A stretch of 64,000 bases of DNA from an uncultured Holophagales bacterium (GTDB taxonomy: Bacteria > Acidobacteriota > Thermoanaerobaculia > Multivoradales > UBA5704), in assembly GCA_963842525.1 (NCBI GenBank), contig CAWJGT010000014.1, positions 96,001 to 160,000 of the forward strand, given 5' to 3'. The notes below the pieces were generated by a model. The model saw only the letters and a program-made list of their open reading frames with translations. It did no database searches and was not told the DNA's origin. The position numbers were made by a program, and so were the translations under genes. Shown here piece by piece: positions 38,277-49,652 of the stretch; the stretch's first letter is position 1; each line of letters starts with the position of its first letter.

Positions 38277-38324
38277 ACCCCCTCCCCGACCCTCCCCCGC
38301 ACGGGGGAGGGTCGGGGAGGGGGC
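38277..38324. terminator. GC-rich hairpin between convergent genes
   Basis: CCCCTCCCCGACCCTCCCC-GCACG-GGGGAGGGTCGGGGAGGGG inverted repeat. Confidence 0.6.
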
Positions 38325-39341
38325 CTAATCCCCCATCACCATCTCGCCCAGGTCTCCCAGGATCGTGCCCTCGCCCACGCGGCCCTTGCCGCGCACCGGG
38401 ATGGCCGACAGCACCCGCTTCGCCAGCCGGCTGAAGGGGAGCGACTGCAGCCAGATCCTCCCGGGGCCGGTGAGGGTCGCGAAGAACAGCCCCTCGCCGC
38501 CGAAGAACATGGTCTTGATCCCCTTCACCATCTGGATGTCGTAGCCCACCGTGCTCTCGAAGGCCACCAGGCAGCCGGTGTCGACCCGCAACGCCTCGCC
38601 GGCCACCAGCTCGCGCGACAGGATCGTGCCGCCCGAGTGGACGAAGGCGAGCCCGTCCCCCTCGAGCTTCTGGAGGATGAACCCCTCGCCGCCGAACAGG
38701 CCGGCGCCCAGCCTGCGATTGAACGCGATCCCTACCGAGATCCCCTTGGCCGCGCAGAGGAAGGCGTCCTTCTCGCAGAGGATCCGGCCGCCGTGCTGCC
38801 GCAGGTCGAGCGGGATGATCTTGCCCGGGTAGGGCGCGGCGAAGGCCACCTTCTGCCGGGTCCCGGCGGCATTGCCGAAGACCGTCATGAACAGCGACTC
38901 GCCGGTGATCACCCGCTTGCCGGCCGAGAGCAGCTTGTCCATGAAGCCGCCGCCCTGCTGCCCCGAGCCGTCGCCGAAGACGGTTTCCATCTGGATGCCC
39001 GGGTCCATGTAAAGGAAGGCGCCCGCCTCGGCCACGCAGGCCTCGCCCGGGTCGAGGGTGATCTCGACGTACTGCATGTCCTCGCCGAACAGCTCGAAGT
39101 CGATCTCGTGCGCAGCAAAACCCCGCGGCGGAGGCGGAGGCGGCGCCCCTACGCCCGTCCCGCCGAAGGCGACCGCGAAGTCCGGATGGCTGTGGATGGG
39201 CACCCAGTTGGCCATGCCCGTCGAGAAGATGTGGGCATCCCGTCCGAAACGGCCGCTCTGGATGCCGGCGATCACGTCCTCCCGGCTCATCGGGCCCTGC
39301 TGCTGCCCGCCGACGGCTATGTACCAGGTATTGTCGCTCAT
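38325..39341 (-). CDS. TIGR00266/AIM24 family protein with an N-terminal GYF_2 domain
   Basis: [19 protein letters not shown], then [43 protein letters not shown]. Confidence 0.92.
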   Translation of the reverse strand: MSDNTWYIAVGGQQQGPMSREDVIAGIQSGRFGRDAHIFSTGMANWVPIHSHPDFAVAFGGTGVGAPPPPPPRGFAAHEIDFELFGEDMQYVEITLDPGEACVAEAGAFLYMDPGIQMETVFGDGSGQQGGGFMDKLLSAGKRVITGESLFMTVFGNAAGTRQKVAFAAPYPGKIIPLDLRQHGGRILCEKDAFLCAAKGISVGIAFNRRLGAGLFGGEGFILQKLEGDGLAFVHSGGTILSRELVAGEALRVDTGCLVAFESTVGYDIQMVKGIKTMFFGGEGLFFATLTGPGRIWLQSLPFSRLAKRVLSAIPVRGKGRVGEGTILGDLGEMVMGD

Positions 39342-39427
39342 GGGTTTTCCCTTTCGGATACGGTGTGGATGATCGGAAAGAAAGACGCCCTGACGGCGGT
39401 GGAGACGGAGAGGTCCGTGGTCACGGA

Positions 39428-40246
39428 CTAGGGCGTCTCTACAGGAACGAATGTGGCCTCGAATAGTTTCGGCCAGTTCTTGCCGGTGATCAGGAACGTT
39501 TTCGTCTCGGGCTTCCAGGCAATGCCGTTCAGGACCTCGGCCCGGGCCGCCTCCTGCCACGTGAGCAGGCCCGAGGCGTCGACTACGGCCGTGACCACTC
39601 CGGTCGCGGGATCGATGCGCACGATCTGGTCAGTCTTCCAGACGTTGGCCCAGACCGCGCCGTCCACGCACTCCAGCTCGTTGATCTCCAGGAGGGGCCG
39701 GCCCTCCAGGGTGACGTCGACGCCGCCGACCGAGGCGAAGGTCTGGGGATCGCGGAAGGTCAGGTGATCGGTGCCGTCGCTCATCACGAGCCGGCTGCCG
39801 TCCCAGCAGAGGCCCCAGCCCTCTCCGCTGTATTGGAGCTGCCCCCGCGGCTTGAAGTCGGAGGCGCTCCAGACGAAAGCGGTCTCCTCCTGCCAGGTGA
39901 GCTGGATCAGCCGGTCGCCGACCAGGGCCAGCCCTTCGGCGAAAGTGCTCTGCGGAAGCGGCAGGAAGCGGAGCACCTCGCCCGTTGTCGGATGGACCTG
40001 CCGCAGGCTGGAGGAGCCGTACTGCCCCGTGCTCTCGTAGAGCTTCCCGTCGTGCCAGGCCAGCCCCTGGGTGTAGGCCGCCGGATCGTGGTGCACGGAC
40101 GCGAGGACCTTGACCTTCAGACGCTCGGGTCTCTTCACAGGTGCGGTGGCGGCGGTGTCGGAAGACGGCGCGGCGGGCTGGCAGGAGCCCAGGGTCAGCA
40201 GCACCAGCCCGAGTCGCCCGACGAGCATCACCCTCACCCCTCCCAT
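39428..40246 (-). CDS. Glutaminyl-peptide cyclotransferase (type I), lipoprotein
   Basis: [49 protein letters not shown]. Confidence 0.93.
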   Translation of the reverse strand: MGGVRVMLVGRLGLVLLTLGSCQPAAPSSDTAATAPVKRPERLKVKVLASVHHDPAAYTQGLAWHDGKLYESTGQYGSSSLRQVHPTTGEVLRFLPLPQSTFAEGLALVGDRLIQLTWQEETAFVWSASDFKPRGQLQYSGEGWGLCWDGSRLVMSDGTDHLTFRDPQTFASVGGVDVTLEGRPLLEINELECVDGAVWANVWKTDQIVRIDPATGVVTAVVDASGLLTWQEAARAEVLNGIAWKPETKTFLITGKNWPKLFEATFVPVETP

Positions 40247-42814
40247 GAGCAGCCGCTCAGCCCTTGGGGTAGCGCCGCGGGGAGCCCCATGGGCGCGGAG
40301 CCGATGGGCTGGCCCGGGGGCGGCGGAGGCGGCTGGGGACGCTCTTCGGTCTTCGTCTCCGGCCGGTCGAGGTAGCGCCCGATCTCGTCCGCCAGGAACG
40401 CCCGCTGCGCCGCTTCGGGGTCGTCCATCCCTCCCTTGGCCCCTGCCGTGAGCCGCTGGCGCAGGGCGCGCAGCTCGGCGTCGACCCGTGCGCGGACGCC
40501 GGGCGAGGCCTCCGGATTGGCCGACAGGCCGATCATCCGCCGCACCACGACCCACTGCACGACCCGGCGCAGCTCGGCTTGGCGGGCCTGCGGCGCGCCA
40601 CCGCCGAAGGCCTTCTCCACCATCCCGCCGAGCACGTCCTCCAGGCCCGGGAGCTTCGGGTCGCGGCGGTGGAAGTCCACCAGGCGGGCGGCCCGTTCGG
40701 GACGCAGCAGCCCCTGGACCGCCATGTCGGCTGCGGCGGACGCGGCGGCCAGCGGGTCGAACACCGGATCGGCCGCCCCGCTGGAACAGCTCCTCGTTGG
40801 GCTCGTACCCGGCGGGCCGCGGCAGCAGCAGAGCCAGGACCGGCTCGGGGAGGTCGAGCGTCTCGGGCGACAGAGTGTCCAGGATCGCCGCCAGGGCCTG
40901 CCGCTGCTTCTCGGCGCCGATCGGCTGCGCCGGCGGCTGGCCGTCGCCGCGCAGGGCGTAGGTGTACTGCATGCCGCCCACGGCCTTGAGCGCCGCGTCG
41001 AGCTGGTAGCGGTGATGGAAATAGAGCGGCACCAGGACCTCCTGGAGCAGGGCCAGCGGCCGGCCGGCGGCGATGTTGTGCTCGCCGAAGCGCGAGAGGC
41101 CGATCCGCCGCACCGCGAGGGCGTGGCGCAGCGCCTCGACCGCATCGGAGCCGTTGTCCCACAGTGCGGCGCGCGGGTCTGCGCCGCCCGCGGGCCCGGG
41201 CGTCCTCGTCGGTCAGGAACAGCAGGCCGCCACGCAGGGCGTCCTGCACCATCGCGTCGAGCGCCGCCGGCACGTTCGTCCCCGGCGGGAACTCGCGTGT
41301 AGGCGTAGCGGATCGCGAACACGTCCCACGCCCCCACGCCGGTCGCGTAGGCGGACGAGAAGTCGAGATTGCCGTCGGGCGTGACGCCGATCAGCGGATG
41401 CGGATAGTCCATCACCGAGGCGCGGCCATAGGTGCTGGCGGCGAAGTTGTGGGTGAGCCCCAGGCGTGCCCGACCTCATGAGCGGCGAGCTGGCGGATGC
41501 GCGCCAGCGCCAGCAGGACAGGATCGTCGGCAGCGCCGGTGCCGGTCTTCTCCGTGCCCGCCAGCCCCTCGAAGATCAGGCGGTCCTGCCGCACGCGGAG
41601 AGAGCCGAGCGTCACGTGCCCGTTCATGGATCTCGCCCGTGCGCGGATCGATCAGCCCGCCGCCGTAGGACCAGCCGCGGGTCGAGCGGTGCACCCACTG
41701 GACGACGTTGTAGCGGGCGTCCAGCGGGTGGACGCCCGGCGGCAGCAGCTTCACGCGGTAGGCATCGATGAACCCGGCCTTCTCGAAGGCCTCCCGCCAC
41801 CAGCCCGCCCCTTCGAGCAGTGCGCTGCGCACCGGCTCGGGGGCGCCGGAATCGACATAGTAGACGATCGGCTTCTTGACCCGCGACGCGCTCGGCCGTA
41901 GGATCGATCTTCTCCAGCCGGTGGCGGACGATCCAGCGCGTATCGATCGGCGCGGCGAGCGGCGCCGCATAGTTCATGAAGTCGACCGAAAACGAGCCGG
42001 CGCGCGGATCGAACGGCCGGGGCTCATAGCCGGCGTCGGGCAGACGCAGCAGCGAATGGTGCTGGACCAGGGTGACTGCGCTGGGCGTGGGGGCCGTGTC
42101 GCGCACCAGCGGGCCCGGCTCGGCCGACTGCTAGGTCAGCAGCGCCTCGAATTCCAGGTTTTCGGGGAAGGCCAGGCAGTTCTCGAGGTCCAGGACGCTC
42201 CGCTCGGCGTCGAGCGACCAGTTGCCCTGCTCGGCCCGCCTTGAGCCGTCGGCCACGAGTCGTGGGCGTCACGCACGAGGAAGCTGGTGAAGTCGACCAG
42301 CGCCCGCCCGTCCGGCTCCGTCGCCGTCGATCGTCGCCGGCCCACAGGACCGACGTGGCGAACGACTCGCGCACCGTCCGGATGCTCGTCGGCGTCCTCG
42401 GAAAGCGCGCGGAACCCAGGTTCGGCTGCTCGACGAGCACCCGGCCGCCGAGCCGGCGCAGGGTCACCATCCGGGTGTCGCCGAGCTGGCCGCGGTCGAG
42501 CCCCACCGGGTTCGAGCCCAGGCCGGTCAGCAGCGCCTTCGGAATAGATGTAGCTCCCCACCTCCCCACCCTGGTCCGGAGGCCGGCGGCACCTCCAGCC
42601 AGACCTTGCCGGCCTTCTGGCGGTCGACATAGAACGTGAGAAGGCCTTCCTTCTTTTCCATCCCGGCAGTCTTGCCGGCGATTCCTTCGGTAGCTTCGGC
42701 GGTCTTGTCGTCCTTCTTGGCATTCCGTTGTGCAATGCCCGGCAGCGGTGCGGCGAGGGAAATGGCGAAGAGGCAGAGGGTGGTGACAAAAGATCTGGAG
42801 ATCAAAAAATTCAT
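40234..42814 (-). CDS. Zinc-dependent metalloprotease (DUF5117/DUF4953, EcxA-like); several frameshifts
   Basis: Across frames: [63 protein letters not shown]. Confidence 0.88.
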
Positions 42815-42939
42815 AAGTGCTCTCGAAAGATGCCCGGGTCGCCCGGGGCGGAAAGTCTATCACCGGGGTTTCCCGGCGAGAGGGAGCCGGGACGGGGGCG
42901 ATCGAGGCGACGGAGCCGGACGGGCGGGTGCTCGCGCCG

Positions 42940-42976
42940 CGCCCAGGGTTCACACCCTGGGGTGTCAACCCGGGGG
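42940..42976. repeat. REP-like palindrome (family B), short copy
   Basis: GCCCAGGGTTCACACCCTGGGGTGTCAACCCGGGG, the same core as at 24694. Confidence 0.65.
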
Positions 42977-43155
42977 AGCGGGCGCGTCCCTGTCAGGTAA
43001 GTAATGCATATCCTTCATCGTGATGACCGACCTCAGGATCACCGACGCTCTTACCACGGACATCCACTACGAACAGGCTGGTTTTCGGGCACTCCTTCGG
43101 GGGGGCACGGCCTAACGTCTTAAAAGCTCCGCGAGCTGTTACACTCCACCGGCAA

Positions 43156-45202
43156 ATGAGCGACAGCACTTCTCTGGCGCTGACTGGATATCTCGGCCAG
43201 GCGGCCTGCGCGGTGCTGATCGCTGTGGTGCTGCAGATGTTCCACCGGCACTACCGGCGGGAGTACCTGCGGCACTGGGCCTGGAGCTGGTGGGCGTTCG
43301 CCGTCTATCTGCTCTGCGCGGCGGCGGGGCTCTATCTGCGCGGGATGCCGGCCATGTCGCCGGTGCGGCTGGGCTTCTCGACCCTGGCGTTGTTGGGCGG
43401 CTATGGGCAGATCTGCTGGCTGCTCTTCGGCACCTACGAGGTGGCCACCGGGAAGACCGTCCCGCGCCATGTGTCGCGCTGGGTGCTCGGGGCGCTGCTC
43501 GTGCTGGCCCCGCTCACGGTCCTGGCGACCGCCGACCTTTCCGGTACGGCGCGTCTGATGTCCCGGCTTGGCATCCGGGTGCTGATGTCCGGCCTGGCTT
43601 TCTGTGCCGCGGCCTGGGGCATCCTGCGCGGCCGGCTGCGGACGGCGGGGCTTGGGCGCAAGCTGATGGGCGGCGCCTTCCTCCTCTACGGTCTGGACCA
43701 GCTCCAATACTTCGGCGGCTTCGTCGCCCACGCCTGGCTGAATCGGTCCATGGACTACATGAACCTGCTGAGCGGGCTCGACCTGCTCCTCCAGGCGGTC
43801 ATGGGGATGGGCATGGTCATCTGGCTGCTCGAAGAGGAGCGCGGATACCTCATGGCCGCGGCCGAGCAGATCGAGCACCTCGCCTATCACGACACCCTGA
43901 CCGGCCTGCCCAACCGCAACCTCTTCATGGACCACCTGCGGCTGGCCCTTGCCTTGGCCCACCGCGACCGCCGCAGCGTCGCGGTCCTGTTCCTCGACCT
44001 GGACCGTTTCAAGACCATCAACGACTCGCTGGGCCACAGCGCCGGCGACGAGCTGCTGCGCATCGTGGCCTCCCGCCTGCGTATCGGGCTGCGGGACGGC
44101 GACACCGTGGCCCGGCTCGGCGGTGACGAGCTCGCCGTGGTACTGCCTGCGGTGGAGGACGAGCGCGCCGCCGTCCGCGTGGCCGAAAAGATCCTCGACC
44201 TGGTCCGCCGCCCCCTCATCCTCCACGACCGCGAGATCGTCGTCACCTGCAGCATCGGCATCAGCCTGTTCCCGCGCGACGATCAGGCGTCCGAAGAGCT
44301 GCTCAAGAAGGCCGATATCGCCATGTACCAGGCCAAGCAGCGGGGGCGCGATGCCTTCCAGGTCTACCTGCCCACCATGGACGCCGACGCCCTCGAACGG
44401 CTGTCCCTGGAGAACGACCTGCGCCGGGCCCTGGCCCACGAAGAGCTCTGCCTCTACTACCAGCCGATCCTCGACTGCCGGACGGGACGGATCGAAGCCG
44501 TCGAGGCGCTGCTGCGCTGGCACCATCCGCAACGCGGCCTGATGCGGCCCGGCGAGTTCCTGCCCATCGCCGAGCATGCGGGCCTGAGCAAGCCGATCGA
44601 CCTCTGGGTGCTGCATACCGCCTGCCGGGAGATCCGCTCCTGGCACCAGGCCGGCGCGGACGTGCGGGTCACGGTCAACCTCTCGGCCCGCCCCTTCCAG
44701 CAGCGGGACCTGATCGTGCAGGTGCAGAACGCTCTGGAAGAGGCCGGCCTCGCCGCCAGCTTCCTGGAAGCTCGAAATCACCGAGACCCTGGCCATGCAG
44801 AACGCCGAGGTGAGCCTGGGAGTGCTGCGCGCCCTCAAGGACCTCGGCCTGCGCATCGCCATCGACGACTTCGGTACCGGGTATTCCTCTCTGTCGTACC
44901 TGCGGATCTTCCCGATCGACACGCTGAAGATCGACGGGTCCTTCGTCCGCTCCCTGAACGCCGGGGGGGACGTCCATGCCGAGATCCCGGCGGCGATCAT
45001 CGCCCTCGCCCACAGCCTCCAGATCCGGGTCGTGGCCGAAGGGGTCGAGGAAGAAGCGCAGTGGCGTCTCCTGCACGAGAAGGGCTGCGACGAGGTCCAG
45101 GGCTACTACTTCAGCCACCCCATCCCGGCGGACGAATGCCGGGAGCTGATCCTGCGCCAGGAGGCCGGGAGGGGGAACGGGAAGGTGGCGCTGGCGGGAT
45201 GA
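43156..45202 (+). CDS. Membrane-bound GGDEF-EAL c-di-GMP protein (one frameshift near 44770)
   Basis: About 7 N-terminal TM helices; HDTLTGLPNR, RLGGDEL, EALLRW; second frame DDFGTGYSSL, EGVE, QGYYFS. Confidence 0.92.
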
Positions 45203-45357
45203 GGGCCCTCACCCCCGGCCCCTCTCCCATCCGCACTCCCCAACCACCGGGAGAGGGGAGAAAATCGTTCAAGCCTGTTTTCGATCTCCTTCTTTCCCCC
45301 CTCTCCCGGGCGGGAGTGAGTGCGGATGGGAGAGGGGGGCCAGGGGGGTGAGGGCCC
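45203..45357. repeat. Palindromic repeat family A, full copy
   Basis: GGGCCCTCACCCCCGG...GGGGTGAGGGCCC directly after the EAL stop codon. Confidence 0.9.
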
Positions 45358-45530
45358 CGGAAATTTGACTCTCTCCGTCAACGTTTGTACGATACGGCCG
45401 TGGTTGGCTGCCGCTCCCGCTTGAGGCATCTCACCATTCCGCTACTTTTTTCGCCCAGGATCGCCGCGTTTTTCGGAAGGGAGCGCCGGGACGGCAGATC
45501 TCCTTCGGGCATTGCTTACAAGCGAGATCC

Positions 45531-46757
45531 ATGCAGCCTCTTGCAATTCCCCAACATCCAGTAGAGACCACTCAACAGAACTTCGAAACCCTCGGGCTGA
45601 GCGCGCCGATCCTCGAGGCGGTGTACCGCGTCGGCTTCGTCCATCCGACGCCGATCCAGGCCCGCGTGATCCCCGTCGCCCTGTCCGGCCGTGACCTGAT
45701 CGGCCTGGCGGAGACCGGCTCGGGCAAGACCGCGGCCTTCTGCCTGCCTCTCGCCGAGCGACTGGCCGAAAACCGGGGCGGCGTCCGCGCCCTGATCCTT
45801 TCCCCCACCCGCGAGATCGCTCTCCAGACCCAGGCCTTCCTCGACGTCTTCGGCGAGGACCAGCAACTGCGCACCGTCTGCCTGATCGGCGGCGTCAAGA
45901 TGGGCCCGCAGATCCGCGGCCTCCAGTTGCGTCCCGACATCGTCGTGGCCACGCCCGGCCGCCTGCTCGACCATTACGAGCGCGGCACGCTGCGGCTCGA
46001 CCGCGTGCACTACCTGGTGCTCGACGAGGCGGACCACATGCTCGACATGGGGTTCCTGCCGCAGGTGATGCGCGTCCTGCGCGCGCTCCCCCGCGAGCGC
46101 CAGACCCTGATGTTCTCGGCCACCATGCCGGACCCGGTCGAGCGACTGGCCCAGCAGTACATGGTCAGCCCGCAGCGCATCGACATCCTGCCCGAAGGGG
46201 GCGCCGCCTCCGGGATCAGCCACCGCGTCTACATGGTGGGCCCGGACGACAAGAAGGCCTGCCTCCTCGCCCTCCTGCACCAGGAGCTCGGGAGCACCCT
46301 GGTCTTCATCCGCCGCAAGGTCGACGCCGAGTGGCTGACCGGAGTCCTGGAAAAGGAAGGCCATCCGGTCGAGCGCATTCACTCCAATCTTTCGCAGGGC
46401 GAGCGCACCCTGGCCCTCGACGGCTTCCGGGACGGCGAGCACCGCATCCTGGTGGCGACCGACATCGCGGCCCGCGGGATCGACGTGCCGCGAGTACGGC
46501 ACATCATCAACTTCGACATGCCCGAGACGGTCGAGGACTACATCCACCGCGCCGGCCGCACCGCCCGCGGCAGTGCGCACGGCATCGTCTCCACGATCGC
46601 CTCCTGGATGGACAAGCCAAGGGTGAAAGACATCGAGCAGACCCTGGGAGAGCCCCTCCCCCGCTGCACCGTCCCCGGCGTCGATCCCTACGTCGAGATG
46701 TCCCCCCGCCTGACCATGGGCGGCGGCAAGCGGAACATGCGGGTCAAAAGGCGGTAG
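45531..46757 (+). CDS. DEAD-box RNA helicase (RhlE-like)
   Basis: PTPIQ, AETGSGKT, PTREIA, TPGRL, DEAD, SAT, ARGID, HRAGRTAR. Confidence 0.96.
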   Translation: MQPLAIPQHPVETTQQNFETLGLSAPILEAVYRVGFVHPTPIQARVIPVALSGRDLIGLAETGSGKTAAFCLPLAERLAENRGGVRALILSPTREIALQTQAFLDVFGEDQQLRTVCLIGGVKMGPQIRGLQLRPDIVVATPGRLLDHYERGTLRLDRVHYLVLDEADHMLDMGFLPQVMRVLRALPRERQTLMFSATMPDPVERLAQQYMVSPQRIDILPEGGAASGISHRVYMVGPDDKKACLLALLHQELGSTLVFIRRKVDAEWLTGVLEKEGHPVERIHSNLSQGERTLALDGFRDGEHRILVATDIAARGIDVPRVRHIINFDMPETVEDYIHRAGRTARGSAHGIVSTIASWMDKPRVKDIEQTLGEPLPRCTVPGVDPYVEMSPRLTMGGGKRNMRVKRR

Positions 46758-46905
46758 ATCCTGCCACCAAGGCCGTAGAGACGCCCTAGTCCACGACCAC
46801 TACCCTCACCGCTACCACTGCGGCCAGGGCGTCTCCAACCTCCCCGCAACCACAACGGCTCAATCCCGTCCCACCGGCGGGTGGTTTCGCCTTTTTTGAA
46901 TCCGC

Positions 46906-46933
46906 GTCCAACACGCCGCACCTGAACCGTGTC
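46906..46933 (+). promoter_or_regulatory. Conserved bipartite motif, copy 1 (putative ECF promoter), upstream of the CHAT-SAVED/sigma unit
   Basis: GTCCAACA-cgccgcacctgaa-CCGTGTC, ending 23 nt before ATG 46957. Confidence 0.8.
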
Positions 46934-46956
46934 ATTCAGGACAGGAGGTGCACAGG

Positions 46957-48906
46957 ATGGAATATCAGGACTTCACGATCGATGTACGCTCGGCCGAGGG
47001 GGGGCGATTCGAGGCCAGGGTGATCGACGCGCCGCTCGGCGGCAACCCCCGGGTGTTTTTCCCTCCTCCCCTCTCCCAGGAGGATCTGAAGACCCTGCAC
47101 GGGCTCTTCGACGGGTCGGGCAAGGAGGCGCCGGAGAAACCCTCGCCGAAAGCCCTGGCCCGCCAGATGGGGCAGCAGCTTCACACCGCTCTTTTTCGCG
47201 ACGGCGTGGCCGAGCTCTACCAGAAATGCCGGGCCACGCTCCTGAGCGACAAGAACACCGGGCTGCGGCTCCGGCTCAAATTCCAGCTCAAGGATACGGA
47301 GGCCGGCTACCTGGCTGCCCTCCCTTGGGAATGGCTGTGCGACCCCGCCTCCTGCGAGCTCCTGGCGACAGACCCGTGCACGCCCGTGGTGCGAGACATC
47401 GCCGTTCCCCGGCCCCAGGGGACTCTCGAAGTGGCAGGACCCCTGCGCGTCCTCGTCGTCGCCTCAGCCTCCAGCGACATGGGCCTCGACCTGGAGCAGG
47501 AGATCGAGCGGATGGCCGCGGCGCTCAAGCCTCTCGAAGAGTCCGGCAAGGTGAAGCTGGTCCGGCTCGCGACGGCTGACCCGAACGCTCTCCGCGAAGC
47601 CCTCAAGGACGACAAGATCCACGTCCTCCACTTCATGGGCCACGGCGGTTACGATCCCGAGTCCGGCAACGGCGCAGTCATCTTCGCGCAGGAGGGCGCG
47701 GGCAAGGACCAGGTCAGCGGAGAGCCGTTCGCCACCTATCTGAAGGAGCTTCCCAGCTTGCGCCTCGTGGTGCTCAACGCCTGCAAGACCGCGCGGTATG
47801 CCAGCCGGCGAGGCCCCTCGCTCAACCACGGCCTGGCCCCGGTCGTCCTGGAACGCACCCGGGTGCCCGCCGTGGTGGCGAACCAGTACACCATCTCCGA
47901 CACGGCCGCCATTGCCTTCAGCGAGACCTTCTACCGCCGCATCGCCAAGGGGGACCCGGTCGACGAGGCCCTCACCGAGGCACGGTTGCAGCTCTACCGG
48001 ACGAGTGCCGAATGGGCGACGCCGGTCCTCTTCCTCGCCGCACCGCACGGCAGGCTCTTCGCCCTGGGAGCGGCGCGCTCCGACAACGGACTCGTGCACC
48101 GTGAGAAAACCGAGATGATCCGCCTGGGAGTGCGGAGCTTCGATGGATTCGGCGGCGACATGAAGGCACGTAACGAGGCGGTCCTCGAGCTGGCCGGCTA
48201 TTTCGACGGCCGCTATATCAAGCGGAAGGAAGACTGGCAGGAGAAGATCTTCCCGGAGCTGCGAGCATTCCTCCTGAGATGGATCGATCCGCACCGGCCC
48301 CTGCTGCTCGATTTCGCCGCTCATTCCTCGATCGCTTTTGCTGCCGGCTGGGTCCTGGAGCCCAAGAGCGGCCTCGATGTGCGGGTATCACAACGCATCT
48401 CGGGAGAAGGGGTGCTCGATTGGCATCCCAAGGACGGCACGGAGCCGGACGGCTCTCTCTGGCTCGACCGGCCTGACATCGAGCTCGACCCCGAGGCTCC
48501 GGATGTGGCCCTGGCCCTCTCGGCGAGCCAGCCGGACGTGGCCGGCCACGTGCAGGACTTCGTCCAGCGCAAGAGCCTCTCGATCGGGCGGATCGTGGAC
48601 GCAACGGTTGCTCCCGAGCCCGGTCCCCACTCGGTACGCGGCGGAGCGCACGCCTTGGGCCTCGCCCAAGCGCTCCTCCCCCGCCTGCGGCCCAGGAAGC
48701 CTCACGAACGCAAGGGCCGCACCCACCTCTTCTGCGCCGCTCCCAATGCTCTCGTCTTCTACCTGGGACAGCTCGCGTCCTCGCTGGGGAGAGTCGTCCT
48801 CTACGAATTTGCCTTCCGTGCGGAGGATTCGTTCGGGCGGTATCAACAATCCATCGAGCTGCCACCACCCGGCGAAGCCTCTCAGATTCCAGGCGACGAC
48901 TGGTAA
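46957..48906 (+). CDS. CHAT (caspase-like) protease fused to a C-terminal SAVED cyclic-oligonucleotide sensor
   Basis: LPWEWL, catalytic HFMGHGG and VVLNACKT, EWATPVLF. SAVED-like part: LGVRSF..YFDGRYI, AAHSSIAFAAGW, HLFCAAPNALVFYLGQ..LYEF. AGGAGG RBS. Confidence 0.9.
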   Translation: MEYQDFTIDVRSAEGGRFEARVIDAPLGGNPRVFFPPPLSQEDLKTLHGLFDGSGKEAPEKPSPKALARQMGQQLHTALFRDGVAELYQKCRATLLSDKNTGLRLRLKFQLKDTEAGYLAALPWEWLCDPASCELLATDPCTPVVRDIAVPRPQGTLEVAGPLRVLVVASASSDMGLDLEQEIERMAAALKPLEESGKVKLVRLATADPNALREALKDDKIHVLHFMGHGGYDPESGNGAVIFAQEGAGKDQVSGEPFATYLKELPSLRLVVLNACKTARYASRRGPSLNHGLAPVVLERTRVPAVVANQYTISDTAAIAFSETFYRRIAKGDPVDEALTEARLQLYRTSAEWATPVLFLAAPHGRLFALGAARSDNGLVHREKTEMIRLGVRSFDGFGGDMKARNEAVLELAGYFDGRYIKRKEDWQEKIFPELRAFLLRWIDPHRPLLLDFAAHSSIAFAAGWVLEPKSGLDVRVSQRISGEGVLDWHPKDGTEPDGSLWLDRPDIELDPEAPDVALALSASQPDVAGHVQDFVQRKSLSIGRIVDATVAPEPGPHSVRGGAHALGLAQALLPRLRPRKPHERKGRTHLFCAAPNALVFYLGQLASSLGRVVLYEFAFRAEDSFGRYQQSIELPPPGEASQIPGDDW

Positions 48907-48927
48907 TGCGCCGAGGCCCGATCAACG

Positions 48928-48985
48928 TTCCCCCTCTCCCGGCGGGGGATGGGCGGAAGATGGGAGAGGGGGCCAGGGGGTGAGG
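48928..48985. repeat. Half copy of repeat family A between CHAT-SAVED and the sigma gene
   Basis: CCCCTCTCCCGG...GGGAGAGGGGGCCAGGGGGTGAGG. Confidence 0.8.
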
Positions 48986-49031
48986 TCTCTCTCTGGCGGA
49001 AGGGAGGCTTCTGTGGAAAGCTACCTCCGGC

Positions 49032-49643
49032 ATGCCGCCGAACACAGCCTGTACCGAGGACGAGAAGATCCGAGCAGCCATCCGGGCCCTCCAGGCCGGG
49101 GCCGGCCCCGACGCCTTCGCGGCCGTCTTCCGGCGCTTCTACCGGCCGCTCTACAACTTCTTTTCCAATCGCCCCGTCCTGCGCCAGGAGGCCGACGACC
49201 TCACCCAGGTCACGTTGATCCGCGCCCTGCAGAACATCCTGCAATACCGTTGCGAAGCGAATTTCGAGGCATGGCTCCTGCGCATCGCGGAAAACGTCTG
49301 GAACAACACCGTCCGCGATCAGCTCGCGGTCAAGAGAGGTGCGCGCCTGACCACCCAGGAGCCGGAAGCCGACGACGGTCCGCAGCTCCCGGCCGGCAAA
49401 GCCCCCGGCCCCGAAGAGCTGGTCCTGGCGGAAGAGCGGACACGGGTGCTGCGGCAAGCGATCGACACCCTGCCGCCGGGGATGCGCACATGTACCGAGC
49501 TGCGCCTCTACGGAGACCTCGAATACCAGGAGATCGCCGAGGTCACGGGGATCGGCCTCAACAGTGTACGCTCTCAGCTCTTCGAGGCGCGAAAACGCCT
49601 CAGGCCCGTCCTGGAGGAGTATTTCCAGGACGCCACATTCTGA
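49032..49643 (+). CDS. ECF RNA polymerase sigma factor
   Basis: Region 2: ADDLTQVTLIRA..FEAWLLRIAEN. Region 4: IDTLPPGMR..LEYQEIAEVTGIGLNSVRSQLFEARKRL. Confidence 0.95.
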   Translation: MPPNTACTEDEKIRAAIRALQAGAGPDAFAAVFRRFYRPLYNFFSNRPVLRQEADDLTQVTLIRALQNILQYRCEANFEAWLLRIAENVWNNTVRDQLAVKRGARLTTQEPEADDGPQLPAGKAPGPEELVLAEERTRVLRQAIDTLPPGMRTCTELRLYGDLEYQEIAEVTGIGLNSVRSQLFEARKRLRPVLEEYFQDATF

Positions 49644-49652
49644 GGGACCCGC

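Noticed and set aside
46957-48906. CHAT-SAVED as part of a CBASS system
   Set aside because: No CD-NTase, Cap2 or Cap3 gene is in the window; Cas10 is the only nearby cyclic-oligonucleotide synthase candidate.
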